Shown here one piece after another: positions 36,454 to 46,226 of a stretch of 64,000 bases of DNA. Source of the stretch: a virus. Where the stretch lies: the IMG/VR virus record IMGVR_UViG_3300035698_029335, positions 1 to 64,000 of that record; one strand, given 5' to 3'. The translations under genes were made by a program, and so were the position numbers. Below the pieces are notes generated by a model. The model saw only the letters and a list, made by a program, of their open reading frames with translations. It did not search any database and was not told where the DNA came from. Each line of letters starts with the position of its first letter. Position 1 is the stretch's first letter.

Positions 36454-39036
36454 AGCGTTGAAACCATAGCCAGCCCATAGCTCGCAGGAATGATACAACT
36501 TTTCTGCATCCATCTTACTAATTCCTTTTTCAATGCAGCCATCAATAAACTTCGGCTTAATCTCAGCCAACACCTTGTCTGCTTTGCCAGTACCCTTCTT
36601 AGTTAATACCTTTCTGAAGATGTTTCCGTCGTTCAGCGAAATACCTTTGCCAAGCTTGTGTGCCAATAATGCGATTTGTTCTTGAAACACAAGGAACCCA
36701 TAAGTATCTTCGGTAACTTCTTTATGTAGTGGATGCAAATACTCAATTGAAGATGGGTCTTTTCTTGCTTCAATATACAACTTATCCACCTTCATACCCA
36801 ATGCAGCTGGTCGAAAGATAGAAGTGACTGCTGAAATATCAGTGATATTGGTAGGCTTTACTTTTGTGCAAAACTTCTGTGCTCCTTCACCTGTAAATTG
36901 AAAGATGCCAGCCCACTTGCCTTGATGGAACACTTCTTCATATACTCTTTGATCGTCCACGTCCAAAACATCTGGGTGTAGATTTTCATCATAATACTTC
37001 CTAACATCCTCAAAAGAAGGTCTCTTGATGCCGCGTGTGCGCTGCAGAATTCTCCTTGTCGCACCATCGATCATCTCTAAAGTAGACAAACCTAAGATGT
37101 CGAACTTAATAAAGCCCATAGGTTCCAAGTGCCTAACATTTTGACCTTCACTCCACGGCGTTTGACGTACACCCTTGCCGCTGATTAGTGGCATGTATTT
37201 GTTTAAGTCTTCTCCAATAACGCAGCCACCAGCATGCTTTGACTGACTACGAATGGAGCCGTAAAGTGCATCAATATACACTTCCACTTGTGGGTGTTTA
37301 ACTAGAAACTTGTTAAGCGTATCACTGTATTTTTTGATTTCCTCAAAAGTAGGCACATATATACCAGTCTTTATGCCATTAGCTTTTTTAGCAGCTGGTG
37401 TTGCCTCTGAAATCATCTTACCGGTCACAACATTGACCTCAGCAAAAGGTATATCATAAAGCTTCGAGATGTCTTTGACTAACGATTTCAGTTGCAAAGT
37501 ATTCCAGTTGGTAATAGGTACCACTCGGTTCTCGCCCCAATCTTCGATAAGCAAATCTTTCAATTCTGATGGATTTGAAACATCATAATCGATATCAGGC
37601 ATATCAACTGCATCCGCACGCAAGAAGCGTTCGAATTGTAGGTTGTATTTTATAGGATCAATCTGCGTAATACCAAGCGCATATGCCACGATGCTACCAG
37701 CTGCAGAGCCTCGCCCAGGAGCAGTTAATTGTACTTTTACAGCCTTATCTGCAATAGCATTCATTGTCAAGAAGTATTTTGCAAAATTAAGCTTAGAGAT
37801 TACCCCTAGTTCGTACTCAATTCTGTTCGTGTATGCGTTAGATATACGATATATCCTTTTCTTGCTTTTGTTCTTAATACTGAAGACCTTTTTCAGTCCT
37901 ATCCCAACCAGCTCTTTTAGTTCTTCATCAGCCGTTTTACCTTCAGGCACAACAAAGTCAGGCAAACGAATTGTTGTGTCTGGCGCAAAATCTTCGATTA
38001 CGTCATGAGCAATACTGTGTGTTAACTCGATGGATTTTAGCACCAAGTCATCATCATATTTAATGTCCAAATCTTTCGTATATTTCTTGTACGCTTCCCA
38101 CATCTGATTGCCGTTTTTAGGATACAATTCATACCCAACTTCTTCAACAGTCGAAGGGATATCTTCGATGGACGCGCCCTTGCCTCCCATCCAGCCCAAC
38201 TTCTTGTATACTAGTCGTGACTGCCATGCTTCGGGGCTAGGGTAGTGGCTGTCAGCTGTAGAGATTAGTTGTACTCCAAACTCCTTAGCCACCTTAATTA
38301 CTAATTGATTAATTTCGTGTTGTTCAGGAATTGCATTCCACTGCAGCTCTGCATACCATCTATCACCAAAAATACCTTGCATCCTTCGTGTAGTTTCGCG
38401 CATTGCCTCTAGGACTGTTTCCTCCCCTTCCTCTCTATGCAACCAATAATCTTGAGCATAAATTCCACCCATACAAGCCGATGTTGCAATAACGCCTTCG
38501 CTGTGCTTCTCCAACAGAGCATAGTCAATGCGAGGGAAGCGATAAAAGTTCTTCTCAGTGTAGGATTGTGAAATAATCTGAAAGAGGTTGTTTAACCCTG
38601 TTTGGTTTTGCGCCAACAGGATCATATGCGCTCTTCTGTTTACTATGTTTTTATTACTTTTTTTAGTTTCTTCTTCATCTTCGATAGTAGCGCCAATAGA
38701 TGAACCTTCATCTTTCTTTTTTCTACCTTTCTTAGTTTTATTTTCTTCCGCAATCCGCTCTTTGTCGAGCTTCCATTGTGTTAGGTCTGGGTGGAAGTAA
38801 GCCTCTACACCATAGATTGCCTTAAACTCTTTACCAGCTTCTTTCATCTTCTTGGTATGCAATACTTGCTCTACTAGACCGTTCATATGCCCATGGTTTG
38901 TGATAGCCATAGCATCTCCTCCGTTTTGATAACAAAAATCAAGATGTTGATCAGTAGGACCAAACCCGTCAAAAATTGAATATCCGTCATGAGCATGCAA
39001 ATTGACATATGGGATTTTAGAAACTGTTCTTTTCAT
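36157..39036 (-). CDS. dnaE: DNA polymerase III alpha, N-terminal half (PHP plus polymerase core), ending in a split-intein N-fragment
   Basis: NLHAHDGYSIFDG, TADSHY, GRGSAAGS, FERFL, MPDIDYD, KHAGG, IKFDILGL, GIFQF and WAGYGFNA|C. Confidence 0.96.
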   Translation of the reverse strand: MKRTVSKIPYVNLHAHDGYSIFDGFGPTDQHLDFCYQNGGDAMAITNHGHMNGLVEQVLHTKKMKEAGKEFKAIYGVEAYFHPDLTQWKLDKERIAEENKTKKGRKKKDEGSSIGATIEDEEETKKSNKNIVNRRAHMILLAQNQTGLNNLFQIISQSYTEKNFYRFPRIDYALLEKHSEGVIATSACMGGIYAQDYWLHREEGEETVLEAMRETTRRMQGIFGDRWYAELQWNAIPEQHEINQLVIKVAKEFGVQLISTADSHYPSPEAWQSRLVYKKLGWMGGKGASIEDIPSTVEEVGYELYPKNGNQMWEAYKKYTKDLDIKYDDDLVLKSIELTHSIAHDVIEDFAPDTTIRLPDFVVPEGKTADEELKELVGIGLKKVFSIKNKSKKRIYRISNAYTNRIEYELGVISKLNFAKYFLTMNAIADKAVKVQLTAPGRGSAAGSIVAYALGITQIDPIKYNLQFERFLRADAVDMPDIDYDVSNPSELKDLLIEDWGENRVVPITNWNTLQLKSLVKDISKLYDIPFAEVNVVTGKMISEATPAAKKANGIKTGIYVPTFEEIKKYSDTLNKFLVKHPQVEVYIDALYGSIRSQSKHAGGCVIGEDLNKYMPLISGKGVRQTPWSEGQNVRHLEPMGFIKFDILGLSTLEMIDGATRRILQRTRGIKRPSFEDVRKYYDENLHPDVLDVDDQRVYEEVFHQGKWAGIFQFTGEGAQKFCTKVKPTNITDISAVTSIFRPAALGMKVDKLYIEARKDPSSIEYLHPLHKEVTEDTYGFLVFQEQIALLAHKLGKGISLNDGNIFRKVLTKKGTGKADKVLAEIKPKFIDGCIEKGISKMDAEKLYHSCELWAGYGFNACLHFDELVTIYSDGGDVLCDKRIIDVLPGDIVRSRSEKTKKDIFLPVKKRHKNGVKKVYKYTLSDGRVIRCTKDHKFRTKCGEKLPIREIAKRGLELL

Positions 39037-39788
39037 TCTTCTCTCCAGTGATGATTTAAGATTACCCTATTACAATAGGTTCTACTTAAGTTATATTGTT
39101 TAGCTAGTGCTGTTATTGTAATGTCGCCTTGTGCATGGCGCTGTCGCATCTCTTTAACGATTTCCCATGTTAACTTGTGCCCTCCTTTTGCACACAACCG
39201 TGCTTTTCTAAGGATCGACATTTTTTCTTTAATTTCAACTGAATGGAGTTCCCCGTGCATAGGGTTACCTTTGCCTTGCATTCTCTTACTTTGTTCTGGT
39301 CGTTTCTTGCCTTTGCACCATGACTCCTTACCTTTTAGCGCTTTTGATAACTTTTCTCTTGTCTCGGGCGATTGAGTCTTGCCATACATAGGACTCAGAT
39401 CTCCCCTCATTCCATACATCGGGTTGTTTTCACCGGATACATCAGCATGATTTTCAGACATCCTCTTTCGTGCCTCTTCGGAGTGCTTTCTACCTAATGT
39501 ATTTCCTGCTTTTGGGCAAATATTGATCAGCTGGCAAAATTCATAACTATCAATAACCGCCTACTCGCTCTCTATAAGTAATGCGGTTGTTGCAACTTGT
39601 TGAACTATTTCGAAACATATATCCTCCTCACCAAACTTATTATACACTCTTTGTAAATGTATGTTGCCATGCTTATTGCCCCTTAGCATGCTTAAGTGAT
39701 GAGCTTTACGTTTTGCAAAATTTATAGCGGAGCCTATATAAAACTTATCATAATTTGCAAAACAAATCTTGTATATAACATTGTTCAT
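39033..39788 (-). pseudogene. GIY-YIG / NUMOD3 homing endonuclease with one in-frame TAG
   Basis: VIYKI...FYIGSA...R...H, then E-S-E-*-A-V-I-D, continuing in frame into GRKHSEEARKRMS and NPMYG NUMOD3 repeats. Confidence 0.85.
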
Positions 39789-39806
39789 TAATACTATTCT
39801 CCATCC

Positions 39807-40130
39807 TTATACGTGGTTCTTTTCTGCCCAATCAAATACAATTGAACGTACACCACCTTCCTTCTTGATAATCATAAAGTGCGCGCCATGTTTTTCTCTA
39901 AATCTTTGCGGAAACTTGTCAAACACTTTCTTTCTCATGTCTGCCATACAATCATATTCGACACGTTGTTTGCCTAATGCAGCTGCATCTTTAATATACA
40001 AGCTTGCCATTTCGACGCTCATTCTCAGAAATTCCTCTTCCTCTTCCGTGAGGTCTTTGTCGTCGTCAGCGTCCCTACCTTCCAGGATACTTTTAGACAT
40101 TTCTCGCACTTCATCATAAAAATTCTTCAT
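39807..40130 (-). CDS. Hypothetical protein
   Basis: 107-aa ORF in the operon with RBS. Confidence 0.5.
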   Translation of the reverse strand: MKNFYDEVREMSKSILEGRDADDDKDLTEEEEEFLRMSVEMASLYIKDAAALGKQRVEYDCMADMRKKVFDKFPQRFREKHGAHFMIIKKEGGVRSIVFDWAEKNHV

Positions 40131-40132
40131 CT

Positions 40133-41053
40133 CTACTCCTCTTCTTTATCTTCGCCTACCTTAGAAAACTCGTGATACTTAAATCTAAATGGGCGTTTTG
40201 TTACTTTTTGAAGATCGGAACCGATATATTTACAATAGCTATCCCAATTTGAGATATCGTGATAACCTTCGATCTCACAAACATTTCCGTCTTCTAATAT
40301 AGCACCTCCGAAGACATTTGTCAAGCCAAAATGCCGTGCTGAAAATCTTCTTTCAACAGGTATCTTTTCGCCCTTCAACGTCCTCTCTTCTTCGCTCCAA
40401 TATGCATTCTCCCATGCGCCCGTGCCTTTTCTTATCTCTCTTCTAAACTGTACAAAAGTTGATGCGTCAAGTGTGAAGCCAAGAAACTTACCATCAGCTA
40501 CAGTTTGACCTTCATGCGATAAATAAAACAACTCAGCTGAAGAGATCGCCAACCTGTTTTGCCACACTAGGTCAGTTGGGTATATGCCATACGGAAAGGA
40601 AACATAATATTTGCCTGGTGCAACCCATTTACTAATCAGCATTGAAATGTGATACGAACGCTGAATTCCATACAGAATACTCCACGATAGACAATCCCTT
40701 CTCTTCCTGTCCTTGGGGTGAATCGGGATATAATATATCGGTATTTCCTTCTGTTCACTCTTAGCATACTTTATATACTTGTGGCGATAATGGCTCGTAG
40801 GATCGAGAATCCAATCCCCTAATCGATGTCTTATTAGCGGTTGCATTTCTTTGTGACACACTATCCAAATAGTTTCACATCCAGCCACTGCACATTCGTA
40901 GACTGCAGCTTCTACTGCTAAAAAATCCTGAGCTACTGGCATAAGAGAATCGTGCCATGGCATATTAAAGTCTAATTTAGCGCCTGCTACAGGAACAATA
41001 CCTGCCAGATGAAACCCGTTGTTTCCCGTAAAACCTGCCTCTATTTCTCCCAT
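40133..41053 (-). CDS. Nucleotidyltransferase-fold (sugar-phosphate NTase-like) protein, divergent
   Basis: AGIVPVAG...LMPVA...AVAGCETIWIV; C-terminal YHDISNWDSY. Confidence 0.55.
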   Translation of the reverse strand: MGEIEAGFTGNNGFHLAGIVPVAGAKLDFNMPWHDSLMPVAQDFLAVEAAVYECAVAGCETIWIVCHKEMQPLIRHRLGDWILDPTSHYRHKYIKYAKSEQKEIPIYYIPIHPKDRKRRDCLSWSILYGIQRSYHISMLISKWVAPGKYYVSFPYGIYPTDLVWQNRLAISSAELFYLSHEGQTVADGKFLGFTLDASTFVQFRREIRKGTGAWENAYWSEEERTLKGEKIPVERRFSARHFGLTNVFGGAILEDGNVCEIEGYHDISNWDSYCKYIGSDLQKVTKRPFRFKYHEFSKVGEDKEEE

Positions 41054-41844
41054 ATGCCACTCCCATCAAGAGGATCGCCCAGATTATTTGCCATTTGTTC
41101 GATCCCCCTAACTAAACCACAACACTTTTCTCGTTCTTCTTTCAGTACAGTATCTTCATCAACTACGAGCAAGGGTCTGATATCTCGACGTACGTGCTCT
41201 ATTTTTACAAGCAAATAAACCTGCTGACCCTTTCTACCCTTACCGTTTTTCACTCCTCTAATTCCATTAGCCTTCATTATGTCTGTAGTCTGAAACTTTG
41301 TCATAAGTTCAGAATTATTACCTTCTTCTTTTTCTTCTTCCGTCATTATCGAAGTTGTAACACATTCCTTTTCACCCCACTGCACACCAACTTCATAAAA
41401 CGTTAATTTCTTTAAATTGCCTTCAGCAGCTACTTCTATCTCATCATGTTCATGCATACTACCGCTCTTACTTGTAAACCAATCAAACACTTCACACAAC
41501 GTACGCCCATCTTTTGTCAACACCTTGTCATATTGTACTATCTCTATTTCATTAGCTTTTATCAGGCAGCTATCGTTGCCTTTTGTGATGATAGTTATTT
41601 GTTCAGGGTTGTCTTCATCAAAGCGTATGTTTTGCACCTTGTCACCGAAAGGCATCAATCCAGCCATCGAAAGGCAGAGTGCGTACCTGCGCCACAACTC
41701 TTCTTTCTCTAGTTCTCCCACCTTGTCGAAGAAGTGGTATTCTGGGCGTCCTTTTACTATTATAGTGGTGCCGGTATAGTAAGCCCTTGCAAGAGCTTGC
41801 AAGGTATTACCTATTATGACTTTCTCATAACTAAAGCCCTTCAT
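41041..41844 (-). CDS. Hypothetical protein with Rossmann-like N-terminus
   Basis: YEKVIIGNTLQALARA resembles a degenerate dinucleotide-binding start. Confidence 0.35.
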   Translation of the reverse strand: MKGFSYEKVIIGNTLQALARAYYTGTTIIVKGRPEYHFFDKVGELEKEELWRRYALCLSMAGLMPFGDKVQNIRFDEDNPEQITIITKGNDSCLIKANEIEIVQYDKVLTKDGRTLCEVFDWFTSKSGSMHEHDEIEVAAEGNLKKLTFYEVGVQWGEKECVTTSIMTEEEKEEGNNSELMTKFQTTDIMKANGIRGVKNGKGRKGQQVYLLVKIEHVRRDIRPLLVVDEDTVLKEEREKCCGLVRGIEQMANNLGDPLDGSGIWEK

Positions 41845-41847
41845 TGT

Positions 41848-42513
41848 CTAAAGGAACCCGGCTTCACGCATAGAAGAAATAGTGAGAGGGAATGTATCTA
41901 GTTGTTCCACCAGCTCCAACATTGCACGCGCCACATCGCGCACTTCTTTCTGTGCGTGTTCGTCATTACGCAGCTTCTGAAAGTGTGCAAATGAACGCCA
42001 ATTGAATGAGATGTCTGCTGTAATTTGAGTACCATATGGTAAATAAAAGCGCGCACTCTCTTTGGCTCTTGCACGTGTATATCCATCAGCTACTAATCTA
42101 TCCAGACATTCGTGATATTTCTTAAAAGAACCTTCAATATGTTCCTTTAGTAAATCTGCCTCTCCAGCCTTCCAATCAACTGGTAAATAATACTTATCCT
42201 TCAATTCTCGATAGCGTGCCGACTCGCCATTGATCGACACACCGACTCTATGCTTCAAGAGGTGAATATGTGTTGCAATATCCGTGGTTACCAAGAAATG
42301 TAACATAGATTTTTCAAACGGAGTATGGTGAGAATCCTTCGCCAACATTTTCAACAAATTTCCGACCCTAGCTTTCTTAGCCTCAGTTAAGTCTCTACTA
42401 GTCGATGTCCAAGCCGACAATCCGTGTATCAGATCGCTTCCATATGTCCCAATTAACTCTACTTTATTTACTGTCATTATTCTCCCATTTGTTTTCCCAT
42501 TTCTAGGAAACAT
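41848..42513 (-). CDS. thyX: Flavin-dependent thymidylate synthase
   Basis: HHTPFE, LLKHRVGVSINGESARY, KESARFYLP, NWRSF and HAQKEVR; probable start MTVNK at 42477. Confidence 0.93.
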   Translation of the reverse strand: MFPRNGKTNGRIMTVNKVELIGTYGSDLIHGLSAWTSTSRDLTEAKKARVGNLLKMLAKDSHHTPFEKSMLHFLVTTDIATHIHLLKHRVGVSINGESARYRELKDKYYLPVDWKAGEADLLKEHIEGSFKKYHECLDRLVADGYTRARAKESARFYLPYGTQITADISFNWRSFAHFQKLRNDEHAQKEVRDVARAMLELVEQLDTFPLTISSMREAGFL

Positions 42514-43052
42514 GCTTTTATCGATTCGTACTGAAACAAATTAAATTCTAAGAACTTATGCTTATACTTACTGATTTTATCATACACGTATAGAGTGCAA
42601 GTTGAGAATTCTTTACCAAAACGATCATCGCTATTTTCTTTTTCTTCGTATAGCAGCCGTTTTGGCTCTGCATCTTCATAATGTAAAGGCAAGCCGCCTT
42701 CCCCTCCTCCTGTCTTAAACCATAGTAAAACTGTCCTAAAGTGAGGGGCTGATAGGTAGACGCTGCCTTCTGTTACTCTCCTGAATTTGTAGTGTGTCTC
42801 TGTGTTTGACTTTTCAATATAAGTGCTACCAGCGCCAGCACTCACTCTGGTCACCTTAGCCACTGTGATTTTTTCAGCAACCATCTTGAGGTTCCTTCTG
42901 ACGTTGTTTAAGAAGCACTATTTCCATTCTTGCTTTCGAAAGAGCAAACAAAGCGTCATCATTTGCGGATTGCCAAAACAATATTTCGTCGTGCTCTTCT
43001 TCACTAGCCAAGCATGCTAGAAAGTACTTCAGTACTTTAACTAAAATGTGCC

Positions 43053-43367
43053 TCATTCTTGTTCCAGAATACACTCGACATAGTTTTCAAGGACAAGGTA
43101 CACTCGCTCATTGCCAAGTACGAAACTCTCTACCATATTAGGAGTAACCTTTATCAGCTGCCCTTTGGTGATATCTACCGTTGAATCTGGCGCGCATTCT
43201 ACAACATAATATAACCCATCATCAGTTACTGCTTCAGCAGCTTGTTGTATGAATGTCTCTAATGGATTAACCTCTTCCGAAGCCGCTGGGTCGTCTCGTC
43301 TAAGTCTGATGCGACGATTTCTTGGTCGTACTATCATTATTTTCTCCTTCTTCTGATTCAGAATCAA
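43053..43367 (-). CDS. GroES/Cpn10-like co-chaperonin (divergent)
   Basis: IVRPRNRRIRL...VVECAPD...ITKGQLI...YLVLENYVECIL follows the Cpn10 layout; a groEL gene is in the window. Confidence 0.55.
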   Translation of the reverse strand: MILNQKKEKIMIVRPRNRRIRLRRDDPAASEEVNPLETFIQQAAEAVTDDGLYYVVECAPDSTVDITKGQLIKVTPNMVESFVLGNERVYLVLENYVECILEQE

Positions 43368-43469
43368 ATGGTGATTGAACTATTTTCTTCGCAAAGTCCA
43401 ATGTAAGACCTGCGAAGAAAATAGCCACGCATATGATTATGAAAAAATACATAAGCGTGTTCATTAAAC

Positions 43470-43745
43470 TTACCGCCTTTGGCTTCGCTTAATGACCTCA
43501 AATACTTCTGCAATATCCTCAATAGTTTCGTCGTTCTTCAACATGCGCATGGCTTTCGTTGTCAAAGTCATCTCTTCTTTAGTCAGCCACCCTTCGGTCT
43601 TGTAAAGCTCCTTGAGGGAAGCTTTGTGCTCTTTAAACGGTTGAATCGATTCGTCAATGACGGTCATTGCCTTCGCAAAATCCACCATTCGTTCTTCTTT
43701 CGTTTTGTCTTCGTCTTCTACCTGTCCAGTCTGTTCGTTGCTCAT
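43470..43745 (-). CDS. Small helical protein, possible DsbA/GapR-like dsDNA-binding protein
   Basis: Coiled-coil ID.....KE.K..LKE.Y...G pattern; promoter TTGACG-17-TATCAT at 43782-43810. Confidence 0.3.
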   Translation of the reverse strand: MSNEQTGQVEDEDKTKEERMVDFAKAMTVIDESIQPFKEHKASLKELYKTEGWLTKEEMTLTTKAMRMLKNDETIEDIAEVFEVIKRSQRR

Positions 43746-43813
43746 TTTTCACTCCTAAAAGACGGGGCTCCCGCCCCATCTATGATATCACATTTATCCC
43801 AATCCGTCAAGAA

Positions 43814-45835
43814 CTATTTTATGGGGCAAGCTCCTGACGCGCAACCAAGTTGGTCTTCTGTAATATCCTTTTCGGATATATGCAGATTAGTAATCGGTTG
43901 CACTTTTGCACGCATCTCTTCATATTCTTCTTTAGTGATCTCTTCGTATGGTGCCTGCACAAATCCATGATCTGAATGTAAGCAAAATGATAGAGATTTT
44001 ATATTAACGTTGTAGTTTTCTGTTAGCCAATTTTTTATAGCAGGCAGTTCTTCTTTCTTGTAATAAACTGTAACCGAAACTGCATTATCCGACCACTCAG
44101 TTTGTAAGCGCTTTACGATATCCAGTTGTTCAGTTGCATTAATATCTTTCGAAAATATTGCGTGACTTGGCAGTTTGCATGGAAATTCAATGACATTTGT
44201 GCCATAGTTTTCAGAGCCATCGAGTTCTTTAGCAAATTCCACCTTATAGCCTTTTTCACGACAAACATTGACCAATTCACTATCTGATGCGATTCTCATT
44301 CTCCGAATATGGTACTCAGAAAACCCTGGATGCCCGCCTGGTGTGACCCCAGCCAAAAGACTCAATGTACCACTAGGCTTGACTGTTGTCAATTTAATAC
44401 TTTCAGGGAAACCATGTTTGTCACTATATTGTTTGTCGTATTCTCTTAGTTTTACGTAAGCTCCTGCTAGCCAACTCTTCTGCTCTTCTGTTGCCATACA
44501 GTAGCCTGTAATACCGATACCCATGCGCATATTAGCGTTCACAATAGCTTCCGTCTCCTTTTGGTGACATGGCAGTGCCAAACTATGCTTGTTTATTCTA
44601 TAGAGGTACTTCAGCACTTTCATCAACTCTTCTTCACTCTCTATATTAGGGAGGAACGTCTCTGCCAAACAGCACGTTTCCTTATCAGCTAAACCTTGTT
44701 CGGCACATGGGTTAACCCCCTCAACTTTTGGATCTGGATATTGTAACTCTCCGGCTCGACCCATCTTTCTGAAGTTTTCTATATTAATCAGTCCATATGG
44801 TTCTCCGTTGCCATTATATCCTTCCCAAAACTGCTCAGGCAACTTAGAAAAGTCGTCGCACACTACTGAGTTGTTGGAATTCTTTCGCCAATTAGGAATA
44901 TTTCCCAAATCCCACCTTTTCGCATTTAGAAATTCAAAATCATCCATATCGCCGATGGCTATTTGCGCTGATCTTCTTATATTTCCAGCTACAACTATCT
45001 CTCCAATGATATTCATAATGTCCAAGCAATCAATTGGTCGAGCGCGCTTTCCTCGTCGAGCATCTAGCACTTTACAGATGTTGTCGATACCCTCAACAAG
45101 AATCTCAGGACCAGAAGCAGTACCTCCGAACCCCTTAATCTGGGTACCAGCTCCACGTACACACATTGTAGAATAGCTAAAGCCTTCACCGGACAAAAAG
45201 TAAGCTTTAAGTACTTTACCCAAGAGTTTAACCCAACCTTGCCTCGTATCAGGTACAATAAAGTCTACCCCTGCGCCCTCTTCTCTGTTAATTGCAATTT
45301 TCTTCTTCTTTACTTTAGGAAGTTGATATACATTTTCTCTCTGAATATTAAAGCCGACGCCCGACCCTAACATTAGAGCATCCATTGCCCAAATAAAAGG
45401 ATTGATAGGGTGATCTATAACCGTGAAAGAACAGTTCTGCAGGCTGAACAGTCCAAGCTTGTCGACTGTTTTCGTGCCGAGTTGCCAGAGAAATCGACCG
45501 GCGACGCTTCCTTTGAGATTCAAGAAGATATCTCGTAATTCCTCCTCTTCCTTGACACTGAATCCTACACCTAGTTGCTTGTCGCAACCCTTCAGGATCC
45601 GCTCTATTGTGTCTTTAAACTCTTCTGTCTTTTCAGAATTCTCTTTCAGCCTACGCGCATAGGTTCTCTTATAAACAATATAGCCAATCTCTCCCCATGG
45701 CGTTTCTACTTCTCTACTAAACAAGCTATCAATATTCATTATTCTATTCCTCTTCCTTATTGTTTTTGTTTTTACTTTTCGTCTTAAAAGCTTCGTACTT
45801 TTCTTTAAGTCGCTCTTTTTGCACTTTCGCGCCAT
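43814..45835 (-). CDS. nrdJ: Class II (adenosylcobalamin-dependent, monomeric-type) ribonucleotide reductase
   Basis: YKRTYAR, AGRFLWQLG, LQNC, VAGNIRRSA, NPCAE, TVKPSGT and CASGACPIK; probable start MNIDS at 45739. Confidence 0.93.
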   Translation of the reverse strand: MARKCKKSDLKKSTKLLRRKVKTKTIRKRNRIMNIDSLFSREVETPWGEIGYIVYKRTYARRLKENSEKTEEFKDTIERILKGCDKQLGVGFSVKEEEELRDIFLNLKGSVAGRFLWQLGTKTVDKLGLFSLQNCSFTVIDHPINPFIWAMDALMLGSGVGFNIQRENVYQLPKVKKKKIAINREEGAGVDFIVPDTRQGWVKLLGKVLKAYFLSGEGFSYSTMCVRGAGTQIKGFGGTASGPEILVEGIDNICKVLDARRGKRARPIDCLDIMNIIGEIVVAGNIRRSAQIAIGDMDDFEFLNAKRWDLGNIPNWRKNSNNSVVCDDFSKLPEQFWEGYNGNGEPYGLINIENFRKMGRAGELQYPDPKVEGVNPCAEQGLADKETCCLAETFLPNIESEEELMKVLKYLYRINKHSLALPCHQKETEAIVNANMRMGIGITGYCMATEEQKSWLAGAYVKLREYDKQYSDKHGFPESIKLTTVKPSGTLSLLAGVTPGGHPGFSEYHIRRMRIASDSELVNVCREKGYKVEFAKELDGSENYGTNVIEFPCKLPSHAIFSKDINATEQLDIVKRLQTEWSDNAVSVTVYYKKEELPAIKNWLTENYNVNIKSLSFCLHSDHGFVQAPYEEITKEEYEEMRAKVQPITNLHISEKDITEDQLGCASGACPIK

Positions 45836-46226
45836 TCCTTTGAATGTCTTCTATTGAGTCGTCTGTTGGCTCAAATACCTTTATGGCAACATTGGAGGTG
45901 TCCATGAAAACTGGACATACAATCCCATCATCTCCGTTCCGGTTCTTAGCTATAAAAATCCTACCGCCATTAACCTGCTTATCAGCAATTGTTCGTGAAA
46001 GAGAGAAGATAAAGTCTGCCACAAAGCACTTATTGAATGCCTCGCTGATCGCCTCCATAGTTACCACTTCTGCATTAAGACCTGAATTATGCGTGTACAC
46101 TCCATTTTCTAGAAAAAACATATGAGTATCATCAACAGTAATGTCTATTGTTTCTTCATCTCCGTACTCTTCTATCGAAGCTATTTCATCTATATTAAAA
46201 TCTGCTATATTAAGTTCATGTTTCAT
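45744..46226 (-). CDS. DnaB/gp41 helicase, C-terminal half, led by a 47-aa split-intein C-fragment (46086-46226)
   Basis: TIDITVDDTHMFFLENGVYTHN|SG, then ISEAFNK..VADFIFSL...IAKNRNG. Confidence 0.93.
   Translation of the reverse strand: MKHELNIADFNIDEIASIEEYGDEETIDITVDDTHMFFLENGVYTHNSGLNAEVVTMEAISEAFNKCFVADFIFSLSRTIADKQVNGGRIFIAKNRNGDDGIVCPVFMDTSNVAIKVFEPTDDSIEDIQRNGAKVQKERLKEKYEAFKTKSKNKNNKEEE

Noticed and set aside
45740-45835. Basic N-terminal extension of NrdJ
   Set aside because: It overlaps the helicase C-half; ATG 45739 with an RBS is more plausible.
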